From NCBI GenBank assembly GCA_019423565.1, contig JAHZBE010000008.1, positions 15,093 to 79,092 on the forward strand: 64,000 nucleotides of DNA, given 5' to 3'. Positions 29,558 to 39,121 of the stretch are shown in pieces. How positions within the stretch are numbered: position 1 is the stretch's first letter; each line of letters begins with the position of its first letter. A program made the position numbers and the translations under genes. This stretch comes from a bacterium (GTDB taxonomy: Bacteria; Bacillota_I; Bacilli_A; RF39; UBA660). A model generated the notes under the pieces. It saw nothing but the letters and a program-made list of their open reading frames with translations. It had not been told where the DNA came from and did not search any database.

Positions 29558-29659
29558 TGTAATTTATTTTTATATAGTTAGATTTATTTAATCCTACGAT
29601 TCATAGGGTGACATATTTATAAATTTATAATACCATTGTTTTTGAAAGAAGGAATTCTT

Positions 29660-30307
29660 ATGAATAAAAATTATACTAATTATTATTTTTTCATCATGGC
29701 ATTATTTTTTATTACGTATAACATAATATTTGAAAGTTTAAAAATAAGTGGTTCATTATATAAATTGTTTATGATTTTACTTATAATTATTAATTCTATT
29801 ATGTTATTCATTTTAAATAAGAAAATTAGTTTTAAAAAAATAATACTTATTATCTATATATTTACCATTGTTAAATCAAAAAATCAGTTACAATTCTTTT
29901 TTGCACTTTCTAATATTATTATTTTATGTATAATTGGTTTTCAAGAAAGCAACCTTATTAAAACTATTTCAATTTTTATTTTAATAATTACACTAACATA
30001 TTCTTTACCTTTATTATTTGTATTCTTATTAGAATTTGGTACTGAATTAGATGAAGATGTATATATGAATAAAATATATGAAGATACTCATTATTATTGT
30101 AATAAAAATTATGAAATATATTCTTATTCAAATAGTGCTGGTGATGTTTTTCATTATAGTATAGGAAAACATTATGACTTTTTAAATATAAATGATATAA
30201 TACATATAACGTATAATGAACAAAACGAAGTTAAAAAATATGATTACGATAATTATTTAAAAAGGCATAAATGTAGATTGGTTGGTGATATAAATGAATC
30301 TAAATAA
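29660..30307 (+). CDS. hypothetical polytopic membrane protein
   Basis: Track ORF from 29636. The ATG at 29660 follows GAAAGAAGGAA. Several TM helices and a Cys/Tyr/His-rich soluble C-terminus. Confidence 0.5.
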   Translation: MNKNYTNYYFFIMALFFITYNIIFESLKISGSLYKLFMILLIIINSIMLFILNKKISFKKIILIIYIFTIVKSKNQLQFFFALSNIIILCIIGFQESNLIKTISIFILIITLTYSLPLLFVFLLEFGTELDEDVYMNKIYEDTHYYCNKNYEIYSYSNSAGDVFHYSIGKHYDFLNINDIIHITYNEQNEVKKYDYDNYLKRHKCRLVGDINESK

Positions 30308-31169
30308 AATATCTAGTTTAATCAAGAAAAAAAGAAAGAGTCTTGGAATGACTCAAACTGAATTAGCAAATAAATTATTTGTTACAGAAAAAGCAGTTTC
30401 AAGGTGGGAAACCGGAAGAGGTACTCCTGATATATCTTTATTAATTCCTCTTTCGAAAGAACTTAATATAGATGTATCTGAACTATTAAATGGTGAAGAA
30501 AATAATATAGAAAAAGTAATTGAATATAATGAAAAATCAAAGAAATACAAATATAATTTTCAATTTAAATTAATTATCTTATTTTATATATTATCCATAT
30601 TAACATTTTTATTCTATTTAAAATTTGAATATAATCCAAATATAGAAATTAACTATTTTATTAGATTATCAATAATAGTTATTGATTCTCTATTTATATT
30701 TATTGGAAATAAAATATATAGTAATAATTATGTAGAAAAAATAGAAGATAAAAATAAAATAAAAAAATTATCACAAACAATAATATTTATTTACTACATT
30801 ATTTTGATATTTAATATGGTCTTTTTTGCAAGATATAATGTTGTTAATGATTATAATCTAATTCCTTTTAAATCTATAAGTAATATATTAAAAAATGGAA
30901 ATACCTACTCTATTATTATAAATATATTTGGAAATTTATTTGTATTCATGCCACTAGAATATTTTTTAATAGAATTATTTAAAATAAGAAAAATTTCACT
31001 AAATTTTATAATATCATTTTTTATTATACTTTTAATAGAAGTATTTCAATTTATTTTTAAAGTTGGTGTATTAGATATAGATGATTTAATATTATGCACT
31101 CTTGGAATGATGATTTTTTATGCATGTTACTGCTTAAAAAATAAGGAGACAAATAATGAAAATCAATGA
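30294..31169 (+). CDS. membrane-tethered XRE-family HTH regulator fused to VanZ-like domain
   Basis: N-terminus KKKRKSLGMTQTELANKLFVTEKAVSRWETGRGTPDISLLIPLSKEL (HTH_3). The C-terminal TM region has VanZ-like features (FGNLFVFMPLEYF...LDIDDLILCTLGM). Confidence 0.65.
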   Translation: MNLNKISSLIKKKRKSLGMTQTELANKLFVTEKAVSRWETGRGTPDISLLIPLSKELNIDVSELLNGEENNIEKVIEYNEKSKKYKYNFQFKLIILFYILSILTFLFYLKFEYNPNIEINYFIRLSIIVIDSLFIFIGNKIYSNNYVEKIEDKNKIKKLSQTIIFIYYIILIFNMVFFARYNVVNDYNLIPFKSISNILKNGNTYSIIINIFGNLFVFMPLEYFLIELFKIRKISLNFIISFFIILLIEVFQFIFKVGVLDIDDLILCTLGMMIFYACYCLKNKETNNENQ

Positions 31170-31884
31170 ATTTTTCAAACAAAATATATTTAAAATAATT
31201 TTATGTATACTTACCTTTTTAATAGGTTGTTTAATTTTTTGTTCAATAGCAATTGGTATTGCAATCAAAGAACAGTTAATAATTATGCTTATTAGTTTCT
31301 TACCTTTTTTAATATTTTTATTAATTACAATATTTTCATATTACCACAAAGAAAAATATAAAATAGTTATAAGAGTAATAACAATTATTTTAAGTATTTT
31401 ATTAATTGGATATTATTTTATCGCAACATTTTTATGTATTATATTACAATCACTTAATCCAGTTATAAATCCTAATTATTACAATTACTATATTCAAACA
31501 TCAAATTTAAAAGAAAAATTTCCAAATAAAATACCAAATAATGCTGAAAATATTAAATTTATTCATTCTATAGGTATATTTCAGGGTGGAACTATTTATT
31601 CATTATATTATATTGATAATAAAATGACAGATGAAATATTTATGAAGAAATATAAAAATAAGGCTATATGGATTGGGCATATAGATGAATACACAGATAA
31701 AAAAGGATTATTATCAGGGGTATTTAATAATACACCAGCACATGATAAAAATACAAATGATTATACAATATACTTAATGGATGGAGATTGTGATAATTCT
31801 GGATATTGTAATCACGGTAATTATATAATTGCCGCTTTCAATAAAAAAACGCATGAAGTTATATTTTCTTCTGAACAATGGTAA
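31156..31884 (+). CDS. hypothetical membrane protein
   Basis: Track ORF overlapping the upstream gene by 14 nt. Three or four TM helices, then a soluble C-terminal domain. Confidence 0.5.
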   Translation: MKINEFFKQNIFKIILCILTFLIGCLIFCSIAIGIAIKEQLIIMLISFLPFLIFLLITIFSYYHKEKYKIVIRVITIILSILLIGYYFIATFLCIILQSLNPVINPNYYNYYIQTSNLKEKFPNKIPNNAENIKFIHSIGIFQGGTIYSLYYIDNKMTDEIFMKKYKNKAIWIGHIDEYTDKKGLLSGVFNNTPAHDKNTNDYTIYLMDGDCDNSGYCNHGNYIIAAFNKKTHEVIFSSEQW

Positions 31885-31899
31885 AAATAATATTAAAAT

Positions 31900-33771
31900 C
31901 TATTCCTCTATATAAAAATATATAGTTGCAAAATATTCTTCATTTGCGACTAACGCATCATTAGTAAGGCCCAGTAATGGTCCTTTTTCTTTTGACCAAT
32001 TAAGATCTTCAAAATTAACTATTCCTTCATTATTTTTCCCAGTATAAACTATAGTCGGTGTACTTGTTAATATTATAGTTTCATCATCAAATTTCTTAAA
32101 TACAAGTGCATTTTCAAGTGTATATCCAAGTGATGATGTTAGTGGATTATTTATATATGCATATAACTTCCAATCTGAACTACTTAATCTACTATCTACA
32201 ATCTTTGTTTTTAAATCACTTACTTTTGGAAAAATATAAGTATCCCCTATTGGAACAAAAGAAAAATCAATAGAAGGATTTGCATCTAATAAAGTTAATT
32301 CACCAATAAATGGTGTAGTTATAGTTCTAGTTTTATATATAAAACTACCTGAAACATTTGAAGTTAATTCTACTTTTGTATTATCAGAAATAGTCAATGG
32401 TAAGTTATATTCAAATAACCCATTATCATCAGCATTTACTATTTCAGATGTACTATTATATTTAATTAATACATCTGCAAAACTATCTGTATGACCACTT
32501 ATAGTATTTTTACTTGTATTAACTGGATGTATATTCATATAGGTTGTTCCAATAGAAAATTGTTTTCTATTTTGAAATGTAAAATTACCAATATCAGATA
32601 ATGTTTGTAACTCACTAGGAGTAAAATTATTTTTTGTAATAGATGTAAGTGATGACGTTATAACTCCTTCTAACTTAATTAAATCATTTTCTTTATACCA
32701 ATAATAATCTGGAATATTATTTATATCGCCTGCCTGTGATAACTCTGTAGAGTTTTGCCACATATTGATTCTAGAACATTTTATATTAAAATTTAAAACA
32801 TTATCAGTATATAAAACATTTGAATTTTTTGTATATATTGTTAAATTTTTAGGATTATCTAAATTTATGATACAATCAGTACCTTTAAAATGAATGTTAA
32901 AGTTATCAGATGGTGTATTATTATATGAATTTATTATTTGAAGTGTTGATGCTTCTTTCATTATTAATGATCCAAAAATAGCACACATTGGAATTCTTTC
33001 ATGACTTTTTTCTAAGAATATAAGCGATGCCCTTTCATCTATTAAAACATTATTTGCGCCATAATCAGCGAGTTTAGCAAACCCATTACAAGTTGTTAAA
33101 TGTACACTTGTATCATATAAAATTGTAAAATTTAACTTATTTGTACCAGACATAAATTCTCTTGTATCAGTTGATATAATTATGTTACTTTTACAAGAAA
33201 ATACGATATAAGGACTAATAGAATCTTCTTTAAAATAAAATAATGAAAAATTAGTTGAATTACTTGTTATGTTTGTTTTACCACCAATTATAATACGCTC
33301 TGCTTCACATACTTCTTGTGATTCTACATTATTTGTATTTTGAATAGTAATATTAGAATTATCTATTTTAACGACTCCATATGGATTTACAGATAATTGT
33401 GTACCAGTAAATGTAACATTATCATAAATAGTTATTGTATTATAAGAACTATTATCTTCAGGTACATAAACAACACCATTTGTATTTGTATAAATTATTT
33501 TTATATTTTTTATTTTAATTTGTTGTGATGATGAAATGCATACAATTGTGTCAGAACTATCCACACTATTCATTCCTGTTAAAGTATGCATAACATTTTG
33601 ATATGTTCCATTAATTGTTACACTATTCTTATTTTTATTTACTGTAATACCAATATCTAATGTAATATCATTTTCTAAATAAATATATTAATATCCATTA
33701 TCATTTTCTAAAGCATCTTTTAATTCACTACTTGTAGATACTAAAACTGTTTTATTATTTATTTTATTCAT
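31900..33771 (-). pseudogene. large beta-helix (pectate-lyase-like) protein with WxL-like C-terminal domain, interrupted by in-frame TAA
   Basis: The ATG at 33771 (RBS GAGGAT) gives MNKINNKTVLVSTSSELKDALENDNGY, then TAA at 33690..33688. The same frame continues YIYLENDITL...TINGTYQNVMHTLTG into the 563-aa track ORF. The C-terminus (SIDFSFVPIG...DSRLSSSDWKLYAY...LNWSKEKGPLLGL) resembles WxL domains. Confidence 0.6.
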
Positions 33772-33943
33772 AAAATCACTTATCCTCTAATATAATATAT
33801 GAATATTTAATTTTTTGAATAAAGATGTTTTAACGAATATGTAACAAATTTAATTAAATTTACAAATGAATTTATATATATGAAAGATTTTAAAAATATA
33901 GTATAATTAATATATAAATTATATGAAGTTAGGAGTAATAAAT

Positions 33944-34414
33944 ATGATTGAAAAATTAAAAGGAAAATATGTATTTTTTGATGTTGATGGAACGCTATCA
34001 GAATACAGATATAATGATAGATTATATGGTGGGGAATGTCCTGAACTTGGATGTCAATCACTTGAAGACTTATTATTTAATGATTTATACTATAGAGCTA
34101 GACCTCTTAAAACAATGCAAAAAATTATAGAAAAATTAGACAGTAATAAAATATTTATTTTAGGTGCAGTTACAACTAATACTGAAATAGAACAAAAATA
34201 TAAATGGTTAGCTAAATATTATCCAAATATAAAAAAAGAAAATATATTTTTTATATGTTCCACACTATTAAAACCAGAAGTTATAATTGAATATTGTAAA
34301 CATTACAATATTGATATAAAACAAACAGCATTCGTAGATGATAGAATAGATGTATTAAGAAAAGCAGAAACATTAGGAATAGATTCTTATCATCCTAGTT
34401 CTTTCACAGAATAA
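33944..34414 (+). CDS. HAD-superfamily hydrolase (nucleotidase-like)
   Basis: The ATG at 33944 follows AGGAG. Motif I is FFDVDGTLSEY. A later FVDDR lies in about the right place for motif IV. Confidence 0.65.
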   Translation: MIEKLKGKYVFFDVDGTLSEYRYNDRLYGGECPELGCQSLEDLLFNDLYYRARPLKTMQKIIEKLDSNKIFILGAVTTNTEIEQKYKWLAKYYPNIKKENIFFICSTLLKPEVIIEYCKHYNIDIKQTAFVDDRIDVLRKAETLGIDSYHPSSFTE

Positions 34415-34542
34415 TTATTGTAAATTTATAATAGAAACCTTTTTACAGAAATAAAAACTTACGAACTTTTATGTACGTAAGTCGATCCCAAACCAAATGA
34501 ATATTGTAATAATCAATAATTTTTTCAAAAAATAACATATAA

Positions 34543-35781
34543 TTACTTATTTTGAATATTAGTCTTTGTAATTGAAGATAAACTATAATCAAGATAATTA
34601 TCGTGTCTATACCAATTATCAATTTTTTCTTGAGCAGAAACTGGATTTATAGGTTCATGTTTTTTATAATATTGAGGATCCATATAAATAATTGGTAAAT
34701 TCATATTTGCCGCAATATTTATTATTTTCTCAGATGGCGAAGCTTCATTTACTATAATACAATTTGGAATTAATATCTTATCATTTTTTAATACAATTTC
34801 ATTATAAGAATCAGTTTTAGATATGAATTCATTTAGCCCAAGATATTGTTGTTTAATAACATAAAAATTCTCTTTTAATGTGTATTGTTTTGTTTGTCCA
34901 TCATGTGTATTTGCAGACATAATAGAATTATTGCCCATAGTAAAATATCCAAAAGTAATTCTATATTTTGAAGCAAATCCAGAATAACGTTCAGCATTAA
35001 TTAGACTATATGACAAATAATCTCTTTGCGATTTATCTTTTAAATATTCTTCACATGCATTTTCTTGGCTCATATATTCTTTTATGGTATTTGTTCTAGT
35101 CAATAAATAAAATTTTTGTTGACATTCCGTTTGATTTTGAAGTGTGTATAGCTGTACATCTTGACCATATTTATTTTTTATTATATTTGGATTTATACCT
35201 TCAAATATTTTGATAGCATTTAAATTGATTTCTATTTCTTTAGCAAAATCTTTTTGTGCTAGCAAAAACATTTTTTCTATCAATGTAGCAATAGTATTGT
35301 TTGTTAATTTTAATTCTTCTTGATATAAATCAATTTTTCTTACAAAATCATCTATAGATATAATATTATCTTTATTTTTCAAAAATGATTGTAAATTTCT
35401 TAAAAATATTATTATGTTATTGTCAAGATTATTTTTAAAACTATTATTAGAGTCAATTCTTTCAAGTATAGTTCCAATAGTAAGCAAAATATTTGTTGCA
35501 TAATCACCAAAATATATTTGTGAAATTACATCTTTTGCTTGACTAATATCAATATTATTTATATCTCTAATAGCATTTTTTTCTAATGCATTTCTTTGTT
35601 CAATATATTCGATTGGGTTTCCTAAAAGATTTATAATTATACTAAAAGTTTTACTATTTGTTCTTGTAATAATGTAATCCATTACATCATTGTTTAATAG
35701 CACTTCTTGTTTTTCAAATTCTGTTAATGAATCTTTAGTTAATATTTTTTCTATACTTCTTATAATATATATTTCTTCCAT
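34543..35781 (-). CDS. hypothetical protein, 412 aa (paralogue A of an unrecognised family)
   Basis: Track ORF. Shares N-terminal (EEIYIIRSIEKIL vs QYIYSIEKEI) and C-terminal blocks (YNEIVL...NLPIIYMD vs YNEILI...NLPIYFVD) with the ORF at 36047..37300. Confidence 0.55.
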   Translation of the reverse strand: MEEIYIIRSIEKILTKDSLTEFEKQEVLLNNDVMDYIITRTNSKTFSIIINLLGNPIEYIEQRNALEKNAIRDINNIDISQAKDVISQIYFGDYATNILLTIGTILERIDSNNSFKNNLDNNIIIFLRNLQSFLKNKDNIISIDDFVRKIDLYQEELKLTNNTIATLIEKMFLLAQKDFAKEIEINLNAIKIFEGINPNIIKNKYGQDVQLYTLQNQTECQQKFYLLTRTNTIKEYMSQENACEEYLKDKSQRDYLSYSLINAERYSGFASKYRITFGYFTMGNNSIMSANTHDGQTKQYTLKENFYVIKQQYLGLNEFISKTDSYNEIVLKNDKILIPNCIIVNEASPSEKIINIAANMNLPIIYMDPQYYKKHEPINPVSAQEKIDNWYRHDNYLDYSLSSITKTNIQNK

Positions 35782-35901
35782 AATTATTCTACCCCAAGAT
35801 AATTATAACATTATAGTTAAAATTATTCTATATAATTTTTTATCAAAATCATCCTTGATTCCTAGAAATCAGGATAATTTAAATATAAATACTAAAATTT
35901 A

Positions 35902-35910
35902 TGTTATAAT
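35902..35910 (+). promoter_or_regulatory. extended -10 promoter element (TGTTATAAT)
   Basis: TGnTATAAT match about 50 nt upstream of the strong-RBS small ORF. The -35 is weak. Confidence 0.4.
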
Positions 35911-35959
35911 CATATACGAAATATAGAATTCGATAAAATACAATAAATAAGGAGTATTT

Positions 35960-36013
35960 ATGGTAAAAAAGGATATTTTAAATTTAATTGAAAATTTTGA
36001 AAAAGAAACATAG
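35960..36013 (+). other. 17-codon upstream ORF with strong RBS, in frame with the following gene
   Basis: AAGGAG, 5 nt, then ATG; MVKKDILNLIENFEKET then TAG (36011..36013). The same frame continues without a further stop into the ATG at 36047. Confidence 0.3.
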
Positions 36014-36046
36014 AAATATGATGATAATGATAAATTAGATAATGAC

Positions 36047-37300
36047 ATGCAATATATTTATTCCATCGAAAAAGAAATACAAAACATTAACGAAACAAAT
36101 CTAAAACCAATATTTGATAAATTAATATCAATGATAGGAATTATAAGATTTAAGTATGGATTCGAAAGTATTATTATTAAAAGTAACCCAGAACTTGAAA
36201 GTTTAAAGAAAATAATTGATGATATTTCTTTAAATAGTAACAATACAATTAACCAATATAATTATATTTCAACTATATATAACAACTTTATAAATGAAAA
36301 TAAAAACATGGATTTTATAGAAAATAAATATTTAGATATTTGGGGAAAGGAAGGGTTATATTTGGCAGTTGAATCTCTTAAATCATTAATCACTAATGAT
36401 CAATATAGAGAATTATTGAATAATAATCAAATCAACACGGTTCTTACTGATTGTATAAAGTTAAATAATGGAATTACAGACATTAGAGTGATTGAATTAA
36501 GGTACAAAGAACTTATAAAAAAAATTTGGGAACATTCATTATCAAATTCAATCGACGAAAATGGAAAATTTAGGATTTTGTTTTCCAATATTTCTGGCGG
36601 AAATTTAATAGAACAAGCTAATTCATTAGTTAATAGACCATATCAATCATCTTGTAGTATGATTAGTTCTGATTTTATAGCAATTTATGGAAGTGATACA
36701 AGAAAAATTGGATTTATATATCCAAATAATTCTGAAATAATAATGACAAGTGCATATGATTTAGCTTCAAATGTTTTTGGCAGTGGCTCAGATAATAAAG
36801 AAAAAGGAACACTTCTTTCCACGCCAGATGTTTTAGAAAAAATTGGTATGAAACGAGCAAAAGATAAAAGTCAAGATTTACATTCATCTAATTGCTACAA
36901 CGAAATTCTTATTAATGGTAAACCATGTGGAATAGCAGTTATTGGTTTGGGGGAAGGAGATTTGAATATTTATTATCGAGAAGCACATATTCTTTCCTCA
37001 GAAATGAATTTACCCATATATTTTGTAGATACTATGAAATATAAAGATAAATTATCTGATGTAGATAGGGATTATATTGCATTTCATTCAATTGTATCAT
37101 ATTTAGGCATTAATGCAAATGACTTGCTACATGATGTTTCACTCTATGGTAACATATACAAACTAATTAATGTTCACAAAAATACAATTGCAGATGCATT
37201 CATAACTCTTAAAACTAATGGAAATTTAAGTAAAGATAATATGTGTCAATTGATGAGTAACATAATAGATATTTCTGAAACTAATGTTAAAAGCAGATAA
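36047..37300 (+). CDS. hypothetical protein, 417 aa (paralogue B of an unrecognised family)
   Basis: Track ORF, paralogous to 34543..35781 (see there). No obvious RBS in front of its own ATG. Confidence 0.55.
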   Translation: MQYIYSIEKEIQNINETNLKPIFDKLISMIGIIRFKYGFESIIIKSNPELESLKKIIDDISLNSNNTINQYNYISTIYNNFINENKNMDFIENKYLDIWGKEGLYLAVESLKSLITNDQYRELLNNNQINTVLTDCIKLNNGITDIRVIELRYKELIKKIWEHSLSNSIDENGKFRILFSNISGGNLIEQANSLVNRPYQSSCSMISSDFIAIYGSDTRKIGFIYPNNSEIIMTSAYDLASNVFGSGSDNKEKGTLLSTPDVLEKIGMKRAKDKSQDLHSSNCYNEILINGKPCGIAVIGLGEGDLNIYYREAHILSSEMNLPIYFVDTMKYKDKLSDVDRDYIAFHSIVSYLGINANDLLHDVSLYGNIYKLINVHKNTIADAFITLKTNGNLSKDNMCQLMSNIIDISETNVKSR

Positions 37301-37387
37301 TTTAACAAAATTGTATTAAAATTATAACTTTTTCATTTTTATTTATAATGCATACTACTTCTAAAATATACTCCTATTTTTAATCGG

Positions 37388-38304
37388 AAACATAAAGATT
37401 TAGATATAAAAGATAAAAAAAATATAAAAAAAATAATATCATCTGTTTTAGATACAGTAAACAACAAAATTGTAAACAATTCATTTATTACTGCGATTGC
37501 CATATATTTTGGATTATCAAATTTTACTATAAGAATTTATGCAGAGTATAATGAATGTATTGCAATATTTGCAGCACATTTATTTTCAAAAATTCAACAA
37601 TCAAAATCTATTTTATTAACTTATAGATTATCCTCTATATACATTGCATTTATACCATTTCTAACTAATAATATTGGTATTGAATTTAAATATATGCCGT
37701 AACTGGAGAATTAGGGTATATTACATTCGTAAATCGGAGAATGGTATTAGTAAAATAGAGGATAGAACTAAATTTACTTTAACAAGAAATATTTATAAAA
37801 ATACATTAGTTGTAAAATTCCGTTTAATAATATGAGTTATATTAGATAAGTTTACTTCAAATGTATGAATTATATGATTTATAATTTTGTTCATAATTAC
37901 TTTTATCGATATTTTTATTAAAATAAATATAAACTTCCAATCAAAGGAAAAGATATAACAGTTAAAGAAACAAAGTAAGTTTGAAAAAAATTTCAATTAC
38001 ATGATATTATTATAAAAATGCAAGATGGATATGATACTATTGTAGTTGAAAATGGAGTAATATTAAGCAGTAGACAAAAATAAAGATTAACAATTGTTAG
38101 AACTTTAATAAAAAAATAATTTTAAAAGAAAAAATAAAAAACATTTTAAAAAAACTATCTAAAGATCATACTGTAATAATAGTAACATACAGTTTAAACA
38201 CTATATTAGTTTTAGATAAGTATGGTATAATTGATAGGGAAAATCATAATGAATTAATTAAAAAATGTTTAGAATATAAAAATTTATATGAAATTGATGA
38301 TTAA
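37388..38304 (+). pseudogene. decayed ABC exporter (C-terminal TMD end plus ATPase domain) remnant
   Basis: A 104-codon open frame without a start (37388..37699), then a frameshift into VTGELGYITFVNRRMVLVK*. Later MQDGYDTIVVENGVILSSRQK*RLTIVRTLIKK (LSGGQ signature decayed, TAA at 38081). A further frameshift or deletion follows, then ...LSKDHTVIIVTYSLNTILVLDKYGIIDRENHNELIKKCLEYKNLYEIDD*. Confidence 0.7.
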
Positions 38305-38321
38305 AAATGGAGGGAATAAAT

Positions 38322-38762
38322 ATGATTAGAGATAATATAATAACTGAAATACAAGAAAAAGATTTGAAACAATTACAAAAAATTGTAAAACAGGCCTTTA
38401 ATAGTAATACAAGTGATTCTAAAATTCAAAGATTTTATGAGGTATCTAAAAATAATGACGATATTTATGTGTTAGGATACTATATAGAAAATAATTTAGT
38501 TGGAACTGTAACCTTAAATATTTTAACGACGACATCTGGAAAAGATGCAACTATTTGGAATTTAGCTGTTCTTGAAGAATACAGAAAATTAGGAATAGCA
38601 ACTAAATTAATGATTAAAGCCGAAGAAATTGTAAAAACTTATGATGATATTGATCGTATCTGGTTATTTAGTGGAGTTCAAAGAAAAGAGGCACACAAAT
38701 TATATAATAAACTAGGATATGATGAAAATATAGATAAAGCATTTATAAAATATGTAAATTAA
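38322..38762 (+). CDS. GNAT-family N-acetyltransferase
   Basis: The ATG at 38322 follows GGAGGG. Acetyl-CoA motif WNLAVLEEYRKLGIATKLM... Confidence 0.8.
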   Translation: MIRDNIITEIQEKDLKQLQKIVKQAFNSNTSDSKIQRFYEVSKNNDDIYVLGYYIENNLVGTVTLNILTTTSGKDATIWNLAVLEEYRKLGIATKLMIKAEEIVKTYDDIDRIWLFSGVQRKEAHKLYNKLGYDENIDKAFIKYVN

Positions 38763-38894
38763 AAAATGATTAAAATGAAAAGTTTTACTATAGAACAATT
38801 TTAAAATTTAAATTACTGATACAATACCTATTTTCTTAGGTATTAGAACATTAAACCTTTTATTAGATACATATAGCAAATGTAACTAAAAATT

Positions 38895-39071
38895 CATTTG
38901 TATGATTTAAGACACACTTTTGCAACTACTATGATGACTGAGGGTTGTAATATGTATGTCATTTCAAATCGGTTAGGACACTAATGAATAACCACGACAA
39001 TAAACACATACAAAAATATTACGGAAGAAGTTAGAAAAGAGATGGCTTTTACTACTGATAAATATTATTAA
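38895..39071 (+). pseudogene. tyrosine recombinase/integrase C-terminal remnant
   Basis: HLYDLRHTFATTMMTEGCNMYVISNRLGH-TAA-TGA-ITTTINTYKNITEEVRKEMAF... This is the R-H-R-Y region with two in-frame stops. No upstream part remains. Confidence 0.75.
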
Positions 39072-39094
39072 AAATCATTTGAGAGTATTTCTCG

Positions 39095-39121
39095 GAGTAC
39101 AAAAAATAAAAAACCTTATAT
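39095..39121. repeat. left arm of a 27-nt perfect palindrome split by the IS
   Basis: GAGTACAAAAAATAAAAAACCTTATAT is the exact reverse complement of 40590..40616. Imperfect complementarity extends about 20 nt further out on both sides. Confidence 0.85.

Noticed and set aside
29591-29622. ATCCTACGATTCATAGGGTGACAT, downstream of the ATPase terminator, is loosely similar to the IS inverted repeat (..CCCTAAAGGGTGCAT..), so it could be a solo IR marking an island boundary.
   Set aside because: Identity is only about 60% by eye over a short AT-rich stretch, the orientation does not define a sensible element, and it also forms a small local hairpin. The evidence is insufficient.
33688-36013. Two in-frame stops (TAA at 33688..33690, TAG at 36011..36013) as a hint of stop-codon reassignment.
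   Set aside because: All other genes in the window terminate normally on TAA, TAG or TGA at the lengths expected from homologues (r-proteins, pgk, gpmI, Spo0A). A variant genetic code is not supported. Pseudogenisation or a leader ORF is more likely.
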